Positions 27,541 through 40,900 of a stretch of DNA of 64,000 nt are shown piece by piece. The stretch covers positions 1-64,000 of the forward strand of contig NW_021834283.1 of NCBI RefSeq assembly GCF_006345805.1, read 5' to 3'. The translations under genes were made by a program, and so were the position numbers. Origin of the DNA: Octopus sinensis. Lineage: Eukaryota. Positions within the stretch are counted from its first letter, which is position 1; the number at the start of each line of letters is the position of its first letter. A model generated the notes under the pieces. The model had not been told where the DNA came from. It ran no database searches and worked only from the letters and a program-made list of their open reading frames with translations.

Positions 27541-27720
27541 TAATCCTTTCTGCTAAAGGCACAAGACCTGAAATTTTGGAGGAGGAGGGACTAGTCGACT
27601 ACTAGTCAACTCCAGTGTTTCACTAGTACTTAATCTATCGACCCCGAAAGGATGAAAGGCAAAGTCGACCTCGGCGGAATTTGAACTCAGAACGCAACGA
27701 CGGACGAAATGCCGCTAAGA
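27540..27720 (-). mobile_element. SINE B (tail 2), 5'-truncated
   Basis: Central domain and tail abutting (TAA)n. Confidence 0.8.
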
Positions 27721-27819
27721 GCTGGTTTCTAACCTAGTTGCAAGGGTCCCTCATTGTATGTATGTATGTATGTATGTATGTATGTATGTATGTATGTATG
27801 TATGCATGTATGTATGTAT

Positions 27820-27855
<36 letters not shown>

Positions 27856-27857
<2 letters not shown>

Positions 27858-28356
27858 TATTTCTAAATCTCTTAAAAGGAGACTACGGTAGCAGTAATGG
27901 GTATTAATAGTTATCGCCAAGCTAACATGGCAGTCCAGAAAAATAGGACGAATGCTGCCGTTGATTAGCTCCAAGAGGCCATCGCCTCTAGCTAGCTACG
28001 TGACACACAAACCTATGTCCATTAGTCTCCTTTAGAGAGATTTAGAAATAATAATATTTCTAATTTTGAAAACCAGTGGATGTGTTCCACTGAATATATA
28101 TAAGCCTTCGAACAGACAGTCAAGAGCGACCCCTGCTGGGTTCAGTTACTCCACATTGATGAAGGGCAAATACTTTGAAACTAGTCTGTGGTTGTCTGAA
28201 CCAGTATGAGGAAGCGGCTGACCTCCCCTTTTCGAAGGTTGTAATGGACACAGGTTTGTGTGTCACATAGATAGCTGGAGGCCATCGCCTCTTGGAGCTA
28301 ATCAACGGCAGCATTCGTCCTATTTTTCTGGACTGCCCTGTTAGCTTGGCGATAAC
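27856..28356. mobile_element. Penelope-like remnant with overlapping inverted duplications, between (TA)n tracts
   Basis: 27856-27885 is inverted to 28023-28052, and 27910-28024 is inverted to 28242-28356; hammerhead motif inside. Confidence 0.75.
28139..28203 (+). ncRNA. Type I hammerhead-like motif (C3U core)
   Basis: gguucag..ccaca-UUGAUGA-agggcaaauacuuu-GAAA-cuag-UC-ugugg..cugaacc; 5-bp stem I extended by gguucag/cugaacc. Confidence 0.65.
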
Positions 28357-28379
28357 CATATATATATATATATATGGTT

Positions 28380-28410
<31 letters not shown>

Positions 28411-28411
28411 C

Positions 28412-28464
<53 letters not shown>

Positions 28465-28468
<4 letters not shown>

Positions 28469-28800
28469 TCATCATCATCATCATCTATGTAGACGTGTCC
28501 ATGCTAGAATGGGTGACGGTCAACTGGGGTTCTGGGGAGCCGAAGGCTGCACAAGGGCATAAGATTTACATGGGTTTTACAGCTGGAACCATTCTAACGC
28601 CAACCACTCCGAGAGGTAGTGGGTGATTTATGTGCACCGACACAGTGCCAGACGAGGTGGCGAAACGGCCACGACTTAGGATGGTGTTTTATGTGCCACC
28701 GACCAGGTGCCAGACGAGCAGAGGCCACGCTATGTAGTTTTTATGTCCGACACAGGTTGCCAGATGAGGCGGCGGAAACCACGATCGATGGTGTTTGTTA
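28465..28800 (-). mobile_element. SINE or LINE remnant with (GAT)n tail (RTE-like) and ~55-65-bp internal tandem units
   Basis: (CAT)n followed by ...ctaacgccaaccactccgagag..., then three ttatgtgc.ccgac.cag.tgccaga.gag...ccacg units. Confidence 0.55.
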
Positions 28801-29194
28801 CTCCCCAAAATAGATATACTATATATATAAATGCATTACATAATGAGATACTTCGAATGTACTATATGCATGAGATACATACATAGACTACATACATACA
28901 AGCAAAAACCCTATTGTGATTGTTGAAATCCAATGAAGGAGCTTAGAATCTAGGTTGAAACCGGATTCTTCCTACTATGGCAAGAAATCTTGAATAATGG
29001 CATACATTCATATACACGCAACACATATATATCATATTATTACAAACAAGAAGAATGGAGAAAGAAAATCTGTTTATTACATCAATTCTCAATTGTTTCA
29101 ACTGAATTCGATCTCATCACTCTTGCTATATTATGTAATAATACATGCAAGTATTGATTCTTAAGGTGTCACTGAAATTATATATATATATATA

Positions 29195-29588
29195 GTAGCA
29201 GCATCGCCCGGCGTTGCTCGGGTTTGTAAGGGAAATAACTATATAAGCATTTTTAGAGAGTTATAGCCAAAAAATAGCAAAAAAATGCATAAAAAATGGA
29301 AAAAAAATATGGTAAATTTTATTTTAAATCGTTGACTCATCGTAGACATTTTTAGAGAGTTACTTCCCTTATATAATAGCGAAAAAATGCATTAAAATGG
29401 AAAAAAATGATGGTAAATTTTTTAAAAAATCGTAGACTCATCGTAGACGCGCGCTAATACCCAGAAGGGCTCGATATGAATCACGACTGTAAGATACCCG
29501 GTTTTGGTTAATATGCACCGCAAAATGTGGGAGTAGTTAGGAATCTAATCGTAGGAGACAGACACACAACCTCTCTTTTATATAAAGA
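29195..29588 (-). mobile_element. Non-autonomous Helitron
   Basis: Minus strand begins TCTTTATATAAAAG and ends with hairpin cccgagcaacgccgggcg then gctgctac; 3' part shared with 58598-58985. Confidence 0.78.
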
Positions 29589-29611
29589 TATATATACACA
29601 AATATATGTAA

Positions 29612-29655
<44 letters not shown>

Positions 29656-29939
29656 CACACACACACACAAATATGTAAGTGTATATATATATATATATTT
29701 ATGTATATACATACACACATACATACAATGCACATACATATACATATGCGCGCACATACATCAGATTCGCACATCTGAAGACGATTTATTCATTTCCTCG
29801 CTACACCAAATTTTCCTCGCGTTCATCCAAGCGAGAAACGTACTACTTAACGGAATAACAAAATGTGTTGAACAAGATGTGGTGAAATGCATCATTAGAC
29901 ACGAATGAATAAATATACTACACTAAATGTAACTAACCG

Positions 29940-30255
29940 GTACTCCGTCGGTTACGACGACGAGGGTACCAGTTGATCCGATCTAGAGAACAGCCAGCTT
30001 GTGGAATTAACGTGCAAGTGGCTGAGACCTCCACAGACACCCGCTCCCTTAATGTAGTTCTCTGAAAAATTTCAGCGTGATACAGAAAGTGACAAGGCTG
30101 ATCCTTCGAAATACAGACACAACACAGTTTTGTCAGCTGAGCCAGAGGGAAGAACCTGGAATAAAGTGTCTTGCTCAACGCGCCACCAGGAACCGAACTC
30201 ACGACCTTACGATCAGGAACCAGTACCCTAACCTCTAAGCCACTCGCCTTCCTAT
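29940..30255 (-). mobile_element. SINE with tail alpha and a different (family D-like) head
   Basis: Alpha tail tactccgtcggttacgacgacgaggg combined with ataaagtgtcttgctcaa and a tRNA-like head. Confidence 0.7.
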
Positions 30256-30556
30256 GTACTCTCTTACTCTTTACTCTTTTACTTGTTTCAGTTATTTGAC
30301 TGCGGCCATGCTGGAGCACCGCCTTCAGTCGAGCAAATCGGCCCCACGACTTATTCTTTTTAAGCCTAGTACTTATTCTATCGGTTTCTCTTGTCGAACT
30401 ACTAAGTTACGGGGACGTAAACACACCAACATCGGTTGTCAAGCGATGTTGGGGGACAAACACAGACACACAAACATGCACACACACACACAACACACGC
30501 ACGCACACACACAGACACACAGACACAGACACACACACAGACACACAGACACACAG

Positions 30557-30587
<31 letters not shown>

Positions 30588-30589
30588 AC

Positions 30590-30626
<37 letters not shown>

Positions 30627-30765
30627 CGACGGGCTTCTTTCAGTTTCCGTCTACCAAATCCACTCACAAGGCTTTGGTCGGCCCGAGGCTATAGTAGAAG
30701 ACACTTGCCTAAGGTGCCACGCAGTGGGAATGAACCCGAAACCATGTGGTTGGTAAGCAAGCAAC
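30255..30765 (-). mobile_element. SINE A
   Basis: Near full-length reverse copy. Confidence 0.88.
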
Positions 30766-31404
30766 TAATTCGCTCTTCTCGGCGCATACATTGGCGCAGG
30801 CTTGGCTGTGTGGCTGAGAAGCTCGCTTTCAAATCACCGGGATTCGGATTTCGGATTTCGAATTGTGATATTGGTTGGATCTCAAAACAGAAATCCCTAA
30901 ATTAGCTTAGAGTCATCATCACTGCAGGACTGTATTAATGTCGTCGTGAGAGGGTTACAGCTTTAATTTACCGTCGTAAATACCAATTGGAAAAGGGCTG
31001 AATAAAAAAAAAGTAAATAAAAAAAAATTGGCTTTAATATCAGTAAAATTTGTTGACTGCCAATTTCTCATCAATTATCGATATTAATTACCCATTTGTT
31101 TGTCGAAAGTTTCTATTAAACGCAGGATGCCAGGTTTTACCGATTTAACATCGGTCTCATCGAAATGACCTTTATATATGTAGGCGTAAACATGTGTTCA
31201 CTCACCACCGCGCACGTAAACATACTCAAAGTATTCACACATACATTCTTACTTCCTTTCTTTCTCCTTTTTCTTCTTTATCTCTGTCTCATTCGTTGCT
31301 TTCTCTCAATCTCTCTCTCTGTGCCACACACATACACCCACACATGTGTGTGTATGTATATATAATATATATTATATATATCTTATATATATATATATAT
31401 ATAT

Positions 31405-31592
31405 ATATGCTCGCAGCTTAGTTTTTATTGGGGCTGGCCGTGTCGGAGCAATATCAGGATTAATCAGCCGAAATTTGCTACGATGATCCGGTTTCTGACT
31501 GAAGATTAAAGGCTTCGAATGACCCATCCGTTTATTGTGTTCGTCTCTTGTGTATTTCACGTTCTTGTTTTTTTATATATAATTTTTATACC

Positions 31593-31623
<31 letters not shown>

Positions 31624-31979
31624 ATATATATAATATACTTTATTTTAAGCAGCAGAAAATTCAACAAAATCTGTTACTCTGAGTTTCTCGTTGCCGTTCA
31701 TCAGACAGTTTTTGCTAGAATGGAACCTATATCAATTCCTATATATAGGATTGATATATCGGTTCCATTCTAGCAAACTGTCTGATGAACGATAGGAATT
31801 GATATATCGGTTCCATTCTAGCAAAAACTGTCTGATGAACGGCAACGAGAAACTCAGAGTAACTGATTTTGTTGAATTTTCTGCTGCTTAAAATAAAGCA
31901 TATTACTCTACCACTGGTATTTGAGTACTCTTTTTCCACCTTGTTTCACATTTATGTGTTTACTCCGGTATATATATAT

Positions 31980-32019
<40 letters not shown>

Positions 32020-32236
32020 ATATATAATATATATGATATAATATATATATAATATGCTCGCAGCTTAGTTTTTATTGGGGCTGGCCGGTTCGGAGCAATA
32101 TCAGGATTAATCAGCCGAAATTTGCTACGATGATCCGGTTTCTGACTGAAGATTAAAGGCTTCGAATGACCCATCCGTTATGTGTTCGTCTCTTTGTGTA
32201 TTTCACGTTCTTGTTTTTTTATATATAATTTTTATA

Positions 32237-32284
<48 letters not shown>

Positions 32285-32627
32285 ATACTTTATTTTAAGC
32301 AGCACAGAAAATTCAACAAAATCTGTTACTCTGAGTTCTCGTTGCCGTTCATCAGACAGTTTTTGCTAGAATGGAACGATATATCAATTCCTATATATAG
32401 GATTGATTATCGGTTCCATTCTAGCAAAAACTGTCTGATGAACGATAGGAATTGATATATCGGTTCCATTATTTAGCAAAAACTGTCTGATGAACGGCAA
32501 CGAGAAACTCAGAGTAACTGATTTTGTTGAATTTCTCGCTCTTAAAAAAAGCATACTTATTACTCTACCACTGGTATTTGAGTATCTTTTCCCACCTTGT
32601 TTCACATTTATGTGTTTACTCCGGTAT
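31405..32627. repeat. Tandem duplication (~650-bp unit, two copies) of a composite Penelope-like remnant with head-to-head hammerheads
   Basis: 31405-31970 matches 32052-32627; each unit has an inverted repeat centred on ttcctatatatagga. Confidence 0.85.
31671..31708 (-). ncRNA. Minimal type I hammerhead ribozyme
   Basis: cugu-CUGAUGA-acg(gcaa)cga-GAAA-cuc(a)gag-UA-acag; mirror copy on + at 31828-31865, further copies at 32323-32359 (-) and 32483-32520 (+). Confidence 0.75.
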
Positions 32628-32635
32628 ATATATAT

Positions 32636-32702
<67 letters not shown>

Positions 32703-32919
32703 GTATATACGCATATACATATATATGTACATATATATGTATGTGTATGTACATATGTATATATATTTATATATCCACATGTAAACAGACACACACACTC
32801 ATATACATGTATGTATCTACACAGAGATGCCCCCACACATATAAAAGTACTTAGGGTGCACAACGTGTTACTATTGATAAGAAGTTTTATATATTATACG
32901 TGTGTGTGTGTATGCATAC

Positions 32920-33185
32920 ACCATGATCACCGAGACCGACCAGGCTATCAGATGTTGCGACACATCACTGGTCACAATGCGCTTCACATTGTTTTAGCCT
33001 TCAAATGACGCCACCCCGCTGGTTAAGCGAGCAGGCCAACAGAAGAAAGAGTGAGAGAAAGTTGTGGCGAAAGAGTACAGCAGAGATCGCCACCACTCCC
33101 TGTCGGAGCCTCGTGGAGCTTTAGGTGTTTTCGCTCAATAAACACTCACAATGCCCGGTCTGGGAATCGAAACCGCGATCCTACG
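32920..33185 (-). mobile_element. SINE C, tail gamma (5'-truncated)
   Basis: Tail shared with 63810-63937. Confidence 0.82.
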
Positions 33186-33249
33186 TATGTAATGTATGTG
33201 AAAGTGTGTATACAGATAAATGTATAAATGCATATTTAGTGGAGTTTAA

Positions 33250-34400
33250 ATATTTTGTATTGGTAGTTTATGGTTTATATCTGCCTTACTAAATGTTTCA
33301 CAGACATGTGTGATCATCCAGATGTGATTTTATGCGATGAAGTGGCTGAGAGTTCTAAAGATGGTTGATTGTCATTAGGCGATGTGTAAAGTTCGTTTCT
33401 GTTAGTTCTGGCTACGTGATGGGACTAGCATTTTAACGTTTACTCAAGTGCTTTATATTTAATGAATGCTGTGTGTGTATTGCTGTGTGATTGCTGAAGG
33501 GAGGACAACGTTGACAATAGGTAAGATCAGTCTTCGTTGTTTTCATTAGAAATTACAGTTAAAAATACTAAACCTAATGGTCTAAAATTAGTCAGTAGAG
33601 AGCTTCATTGATGATTGCATTATGAAAGGAAAGTTCAGTCTGCTTGTTAAGAAATACCACGGGATATTGCAATATGTGCAATCTCTTCATATTCATATTC
33701 ATATTATCTGCCCCAACAGATAAAAAATTTTCACCGACAAAACACAGTAGTTTCGCTCATTATGCATCCTGGTCTAATTAGGAAGTGTCTCGGATAGTAT
33801 GTTCAAAGTTATGTCGGGCATGTAATTTCTTTGGTTTTAAAGTTTTCAGTTAAAGCAGGACCGGGAGGGACATACATTGTCAGTGGACCCGAAATAGTAT
33901 GTATGCTGATTAAAACCTCTCTTGAAAATGCTATTTGTGAGACCTGTGTATTTATTCAGGGTGCCATAAAGTAGAATGAGGCTCACCTTGTAAGCCACTA
34001 AATAAGAAAAACAGAATATCCTCAGTGGTTAAACGTAATGATTTCAGAAGTTACAGGTGAGTGCTTGGGATAGTGGCGGCGTAGGTAGATGCTTTTCCTT
34101 CTTAATAACGTTGGATGTTGAAAGCGATGCTGTCTAGACTGGAAAACCAGCTTTAACCTTATGAACATTGAAAAACTTATGGTATTTATGTGTGCAAATC
34201 AGATCCCAAACTGACCTCATATGCAATGACTGTGGTCGTATTACTTTCAAAAGCCAGTTTTGTTAAACATGAGTGATCAAATGTCGAGAGACAAACAGAA
34301 AATTCTACATCGTAGTTTCGTCTTCTCTGTGAGTAATAACTCAAGAGGCTGAGGACAAACGATAATTTGTTTCCTCGTTCTGAACGACCTCATAATATTT
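33250..34400 (-). pseudogene. Possible highly decayed LINE ORF2 fragment
   Basis: Minus-strand pieces TNFRPLGL (cf. NYRPISL), NIPWYFL and an RPPIPxL-like segment occur in the expected order, but no ORF remains. Confidence 0.3.
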
Positions 34401-35049
34401 CTTACCAGTCTTCTCCACATCGTTGCTATCTTAGTAATGTATAAATGAAATGATGCATCATTACAAACACTGACTGTCCTATATATCCTGATTGCGGTGT
34501 ATTTATGGGCTGACAGTGAAGAGCTTGAAATTTTCTACCTCACCACACAAGCACACACACACACACGCACACACACACACACGCACACACACACACACAC
34601 ACGCACACACGCACACACACACGCACGCACACACACACAGTACGCACGCGCGCACCACACACACACACACACACACACCACACACACACACACACAGTAG
34701 TAACTGTAAGCAGTGTCGAGAGGTGAACAAACTTTAGGTTAGTTCAAATATGTCTGTGGTATATTTCAGTTTCGAGACAAAAATCGCTGCAATTTACCAT
34801 CAAGATACGAATTCTCTTTTATGGTAAAAGATGTGAAAACTCCTTATCTGCACAGTTTCGCCCAGTATCAGTTTCTGGCACTTTAGTCTTCTTCAGTAGG
34901 AGATACCTAAACGAAATAATCCTGGACAATACGGAATGGAATATTCCGCAACTACTGCTCTTAGCGGACAACCCGAACTGTTAACAGAAATATGGTAGAC
35001 TCAACAAACATAATCGATAACTTAGATTGTTTCTTTGTTTTTGTATTTT

Positions 35050-35275
35050 TTTACTCGTTTCAGTCGTTTGACTGCGGCCATGCTGGAGCACTGCCTTTAG
35101 TCGAGCAAATCGACCCAGGACTTATTCTTTGGAAGCCTAGTACTTATTCTATCGGTCAGTTTTGCCGAACCGCTAAGTTACGGGTACGTAAACACACCTG
35201 CATCGGTTGTCAAACGATGTTGGGGGGGACAAACACAGACACACAACACACACACACACACACACACACTCACAC

Positions 35276-35313
<38 letters not shown>

Positions 35314-35480
35314 ATGACGGGCTTCTTTCAGTTTCCGTCTACCAAATCTACTCACAAGGCTTTGGTCGGCCCGAGGCTATAGTAGAAGACAATTTGCCTA
35401 AAGTACCACGCAGTGGGACTGAACCCAGAACCATGTGGTTGGTAAGCAAGCTACTTACCACACAGCCACTCCTTCGCCTA
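35050..35480 (-). mobile_element. SINE A
   Basis: Full-length reverse copy. Confidence 0.88.
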
Positions 35481-35895
35481 TAATATACAGTCTTTCTCAT
35501 TTGGTTTCCAATATGGTATGCGATATCAGTACTCGACTTATGAAAGTGTAGAAAGTATCCTTAGATAATGGTATTTCTTTCTTGCTGTGCATGGGCTAAC
35601 TTTTGGTACAATTTTATAGGAAGTTGTAAAAACTAGGCGTTTTGTTCCTTTTTTATTTTTGGCTCTTTCCATTTTCCAGTGAAATTTTCGATAGCTTTTT
35701 ATCGGTTGTGTCATTGACTTTGCGTGGCATCTGTAATGGCCTTTCATTGTTTTCTGTGCTTAAAAAATCTTACTTCTGAAACTCAATTTGTGTTTTGCCT
35801 TGTCACCATTCACTCTTACACGAACTGCATTAACGAGACACTTGAAGATTTCTTCACATCGTTCAAGTCCAATGTGGAACACACATGCTACCTTG

Positions 35896-35939
<44 letters not shown>

Positions 35940-36274
35940 ACGTACAACAGTTTAGTTTTCTATTTTAATAATTAGCTAAATTTTTTTATCTAAATACATT
36001 TCCTGTGTCCAACAGTCTGAACGATAAGACATTTTTCAATATCTTTTAAAATGTCACTATTTCCACATGTAGCCCTCAAGGTGAAACACCAGCATATGTA
36101 AACTCAGCATTTTCAAGGAATTCGTTCTTCGTTACTGCTGTATGCTTTCTCTAATGTCTGCTGTTTAAAGCAGCGGTTCCAACCATTTTTGTTACGTATG
36201 GATTCCTCTTTCATTCCTATTTTACTCTTCTAGATCGTCATGGCCATTTGATGTTAAAAAAAAATCTTAATAAA

Positions 36275-36563
36275 AATCTCTTTTACTTGTTTCAGTCATT
36301 AGACTGCGGCCATGTTGGGGCACCGCCTTGAAGAATTTTTAGTCAAGGGAATCAATCTCAGTTCATTTTTTGAGAACCTGGTACTTATTCTATCGGTCTT
36401 TTAGGTAAACCGGTAAGTTACAGGGAATAAACACAGCAACCCCAACAAACGGTAGTGGGGGACGAACACAGACACAAGACATACGCACAGACACACACAC
36501 ATGCATACATACACACATACACACTCACACACATATATAAATTTACATATACATACATACATA

Positions 36564-36596
<33 letters not shown>

Positions 36597-36752
36597 CGGC
36601 GGGCTTCTCTCAGTTTCTGTCTACCAAATCCACTCACAATGCTTTGGTCGGCCTGACGCTATAGTAGAAAACACCTACCCAGGGTGCCACGCAGTGGAAC
36701 TGAACCTGAAACCATGTGGATGAGAAACAAACTTTTTACCACACAGCCACGT
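36275..36752 (-). mobile_element. SINE A
   Basis: Full-length reverse copy. Confidence 0.82.
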
Positions 36753-38174
36753 CTGATTTTTTTGGGGTTTTGACAGATTTTGTTTTTGTTGTTTTTTCAT
36801 GAAGGTCGATACATTCTCAGTTTGAGTTTTGATTCGTTCGAAACTTTGCAACAGAATCAATAATTTTCTTCCTGTAACAGAAAAACGGATTAACTAGGAA
36901 AGTGAATAAACTCTACGGAAATTCTAAACATTGATTTAAAACTTAGTTAATGTTATATTTCTCCGTGCCACTGGCAATAACAAGTAATTTATGACTAGCC
37001 TTAAGCATGGATATTCAATTAAGTACAATTAAATATTCAAAAAAACAAAATTATCTAATTTTACCATTGGTGAAAGTTCCAGCTTTCGGATGCTGTTTAT
37101 CTAAACTCTACTAACTTGGCTTCTCTTGTATTCCTCAGGATGAAACTTCGTGTATTGAACATCAATATTCAGGTGCAAGCGTGGGTATGTGGTTAAGAAA
37201 GTTGTTTTGCAACCACGTGGTCTCAGGTTCAGTCCCACTGCGCGGTGGCACCTAGGACAAGTCTTTTCTACTATAACCGCAGGCAGACCAATACCTTGTG
37301 AGTGAATATTGCTAACGAAAAATGCGTAGAAGACCATTGTGTTTGTGTGTGTGTGTGTGATGGGGTGTGTCTTCAGTTTTTAATCATTTAAACTCTTCTT
37401 CTGAAGAATGAGCTGGTTTCGAACAAAGTTACAAAGCTCCATTGGAATGTAGATAACGAAAACAATGTCACGCTTTAAACCTAAGAAAAGTCTTGCACAT
37501 TTTTACCGTTCCGCTTACAGATTATATTTATAATGTTCGAATCAGTTGGTTGATTTCTTTTTCTGAAAATGCAGTCTTATCCAAACTGATAGTTAAGCAT
37601 TTACATACATACATACATACATATACATACATACATACATACGTGGCCGCATTCTAATGACCGAAACAAGTAAAAAATAAAAGAAAGAGAGAAAGAAAAA
37701 GTGGCTAAGAATTTTCAAATCATTTGCCGGTGAAAATTTTTTATCCGTTGGGGCAGAGGTCATTTCCCCAGCTGATATGAATATCTCTTCGGAAATTAAA
37801 TAGAAAATGGATGGATAAATACGGACAACTGCTTCGAAATCTCCAACTTATAAATTCACATAATTATAAATTCATAGATTAGAAATTCACATTTATGTCT
37901 ATAATGACTGGTGCATCTGGTATAGTGAGTAGATGCCTAAATGATAACTTAGATAAGCTGGGATTTTCAGGTAAACGAAATCAACCAATCAAATCGCTCT
38001 CCCTCATTAGAAATAGTCTGTAAATGGCATAGTAAAACATGAAAGAATTTTCTCAAGTTTAGAATGTGATATGATGGAGCTTCGTATCTTTGTCAGCAAC
38101 CGGCTCTTTCCTTAAAGGATGGCTTTAAATAATTAAAAATAGAAGCGAACATACATACTTATCAACAGAAGGAA

Positions 38175-38535
38175 TATTACTCTCTTTTACTCTTTTACTT
38201 GTTTCAGTCATTTGACTGCAGCCATGCTGGAGCACCGCCTTTAATCGAGCAACTCGACCCCGGGGCTTATTCTTTGTAAGCCCAGTCTCTTTTGCCGAAC
38301 CACTAAGTGACGGGGACATAAACACACCAGCATCGGTTGTCAAGCAATGCTAGGGGGACAAACACAGACACACAAACATACACGCACACATATAAATACA
38401 TATATACGACGGGCCTCCGTCCACCGAATCCACCCACAAAGCCTTAGTCGGCCCGGGGCTACAGTAGAAGACATTTGCCCAAGGTGCCACGCAGTGGGAC
38501 TGAACCTGGAACCATGTGGTTGGCAAACAAGCTAC
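38175..38535 (-). mobile_element. SINE A
   Basis: Reverse copy with small internal deletions. Confidence 0.85.
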
Positions 38536-39151
38536 AACAGACCTGATATAGTTGTTTGGGATTGAATAGACTGCTCAGCAAATCGGAACATTTCGTCTAG
38601 CATCAGCGAAAAGAACATTTATGGATGACTGCTCTCGAAACCTGCAATTCCTCTATCCTGATTATAGATTTATTTGCATACTAGTACTTATTTATGAATT
38701 TGGTCATGTTACAATGACTTTCATATTTTTCCTAATACATTTCGGCAGATTGAAACGCAAATATGCTATTAGCTGTTGTATTAGTCTCAGGGAAACAGCT
38801 CTCTTGTGTGTTTATAACGCATAAATATGTGCTTATAAAAGATCAGCATTATAACACATATATCTTTATAACACACTAGAGTTATTAGTACTTTTAAATT
38901 ATTAGGAATTCTGAAACACCGTTTGGCAGATATCAGCACGGATCAGAAAATAAGTTTATTTGCTGAAATTATAAACAAGACCCTCGGCTCTTCCTAATGT
39001 CATTGTTCGGAGAAGTTTCTGACTAACGAGACAAAACGATGTCGAAACACCGGATGTCTCAGAACCCTTTGCATTAATGAATGGAGTGTAGCGTGAACAC
39101 ATTCGTCGTAAAAGCGGAGTTGTTCTTCTGTGACAAAGGAAGGAAGGAATC

Positions 39152-39500
39152 ACTCCGTCGGTTACGACGACGAGGGTTCCGGTTGATCCGAATCAACGGA
39201 ACAGCCTGCTCGTGAAATTAACGTGTAAGTGGCTGAGCACTCCACAGACACGTGTACCCTTAACGTAGTTCTCGGAGATATTCAGCGTGACACAGAGAGT
39301 GACAAGGCCGGCCCTTTGAAATACAGGTGCAACAGAAACAGGAAGTAAGAGTGAGAGAAAGTTTTGGTTAGAGAGTACAGCAGGGATCACCACCATCCCC
39401 TGCCGGAGCCTCGGTCTCACAACGCCTGGTCTGGGAATCGAGACCGCGATCCTATGACCGTGAGTCCGCTGCCCTAACCACTGGGCCATTGCGCCTCCAC
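39152..39500 (-). mobile_element. SINE C, tail alpha
   Basis: Full head and alpha tail. Confidence 0.88.
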
Positions 39501-39634
39501 TCTGTGACAAAACACACCAGCGATTAGCCAGTTCCCGTTCAAATTAACCGGAACGTATTAAGAATATGCAAGTTAGCGTCGATTATCACTGCTTATCGTG
39601 TGTATGACGATTTATTATTGGTTATTTTCTTTTA

Positions 39635-40013
39635 TTTTTTCTTTTACTTGTTTCAGTCGTTTGACTGCGGCCATGCTGGAGCACCGCCTTTTAGTCGAGC
39701 AAATCGACCACAGGACTTATTCGTTGTTAGCCTAGTACTTATTCTATCGGTCTCTTTTGCCGAACCGCTAAGTTACGGGACGTAAACACACCAGCATCGG
39801 TTGTCAAACGATCTTGGGGGGACAAACACAGACACACAAACATATACACACACATACATATATATATATACATATATACGACGGGCTTCTTTTCAGCTTC
39901 CGTCTACCAAATCCACTCACAAGGCTTTGGTCGGCTCGAGGCTACAGTAGAAGACACTTGCCCAACAATGTGGTTGGTATGCAAGCTACTTACCACACAG
40001 CCACTCCTGCGCC
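39635..40013 (-). mobile_element. SINE A
   Basis: Reverse copy. Confidence 0.85.
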
Positions 40014-40259
40014 TATGGCTATGTTAATAAATACTTCAATGACAATCTGTAAAAGTTAGGATCTTCAGGCAAACTAAAAGACATGATAAGACGCACTTTA
40101 CAAATACTTTCCGTAATTGGTACCGTAAAAATATGCAAGATTTTTATAAACTTGAACATGTAATACCTATCAGTGTTTGGTATCCAAATTCTAACGATGG
40201 AACTTTATTTCTTTATTTGACACCAACGCCTTTTAGGAGGAATTCTATGTAGAAAGAAT

Positions 40260-40900
40260 AATTCTTTCTAATTTTGGCACAAGGGCTGCAATTTGGAGGG
40301 AAGGTGAAGTTCAGCTCCTAATTGTTTTTTTTTATCACTCCCGAAAGGATGACAAACAAAGCCGACTTTGACAATATTTGAACTTAGAATGTAAAGAGTC
40401 GGAAAGAATACCACTAGGCAATTTTCTTATTTCTTTATTGCCCACAAGGGGCTAAACATAGAGGGGACAAACAAGGACAGAAAAAGGGATTATGTCGATT
40501 ACATCGACCCCAGTGCATAACTGGTACTTAGTTTATCGACCCCGAAAGGATGAAAAGCAAAGTCGACCTCGGCGGAAGTTGAACTCAGAACATACAATTT
40601 TATCAACAGAAGGAATATTAGCAGACGAAATACCGCAAAGCACTTCGCCCGGCGTGCTAACGTTTCTTATTTCTTTATTGCCCACAAGAAGCTACACGCA
40701 GAGGGGACAAACAAGGATAGACAAAGGAATTAAGCCAATTACATTGACTCCAATGTGTAACTAGTACTTATTTAATCGACCCCGAAAGGATGAAAAGCAA
40801 AGTCAACCTCGGCGGAATTTGAACTCACAACGTAACGCAGACGAAATACCGCTAAGCATTTCGCCCGGCGTGCTAACGTTTCTGCCAGCTCGCCGCCTTG
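40260..40900 (-). mobile_element. Nested SINE B cluster (three copies)
   Basis: Tails at ~40265, 40426 and 40667; heads at ~40660 and 40899. Confidence 0.82.
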
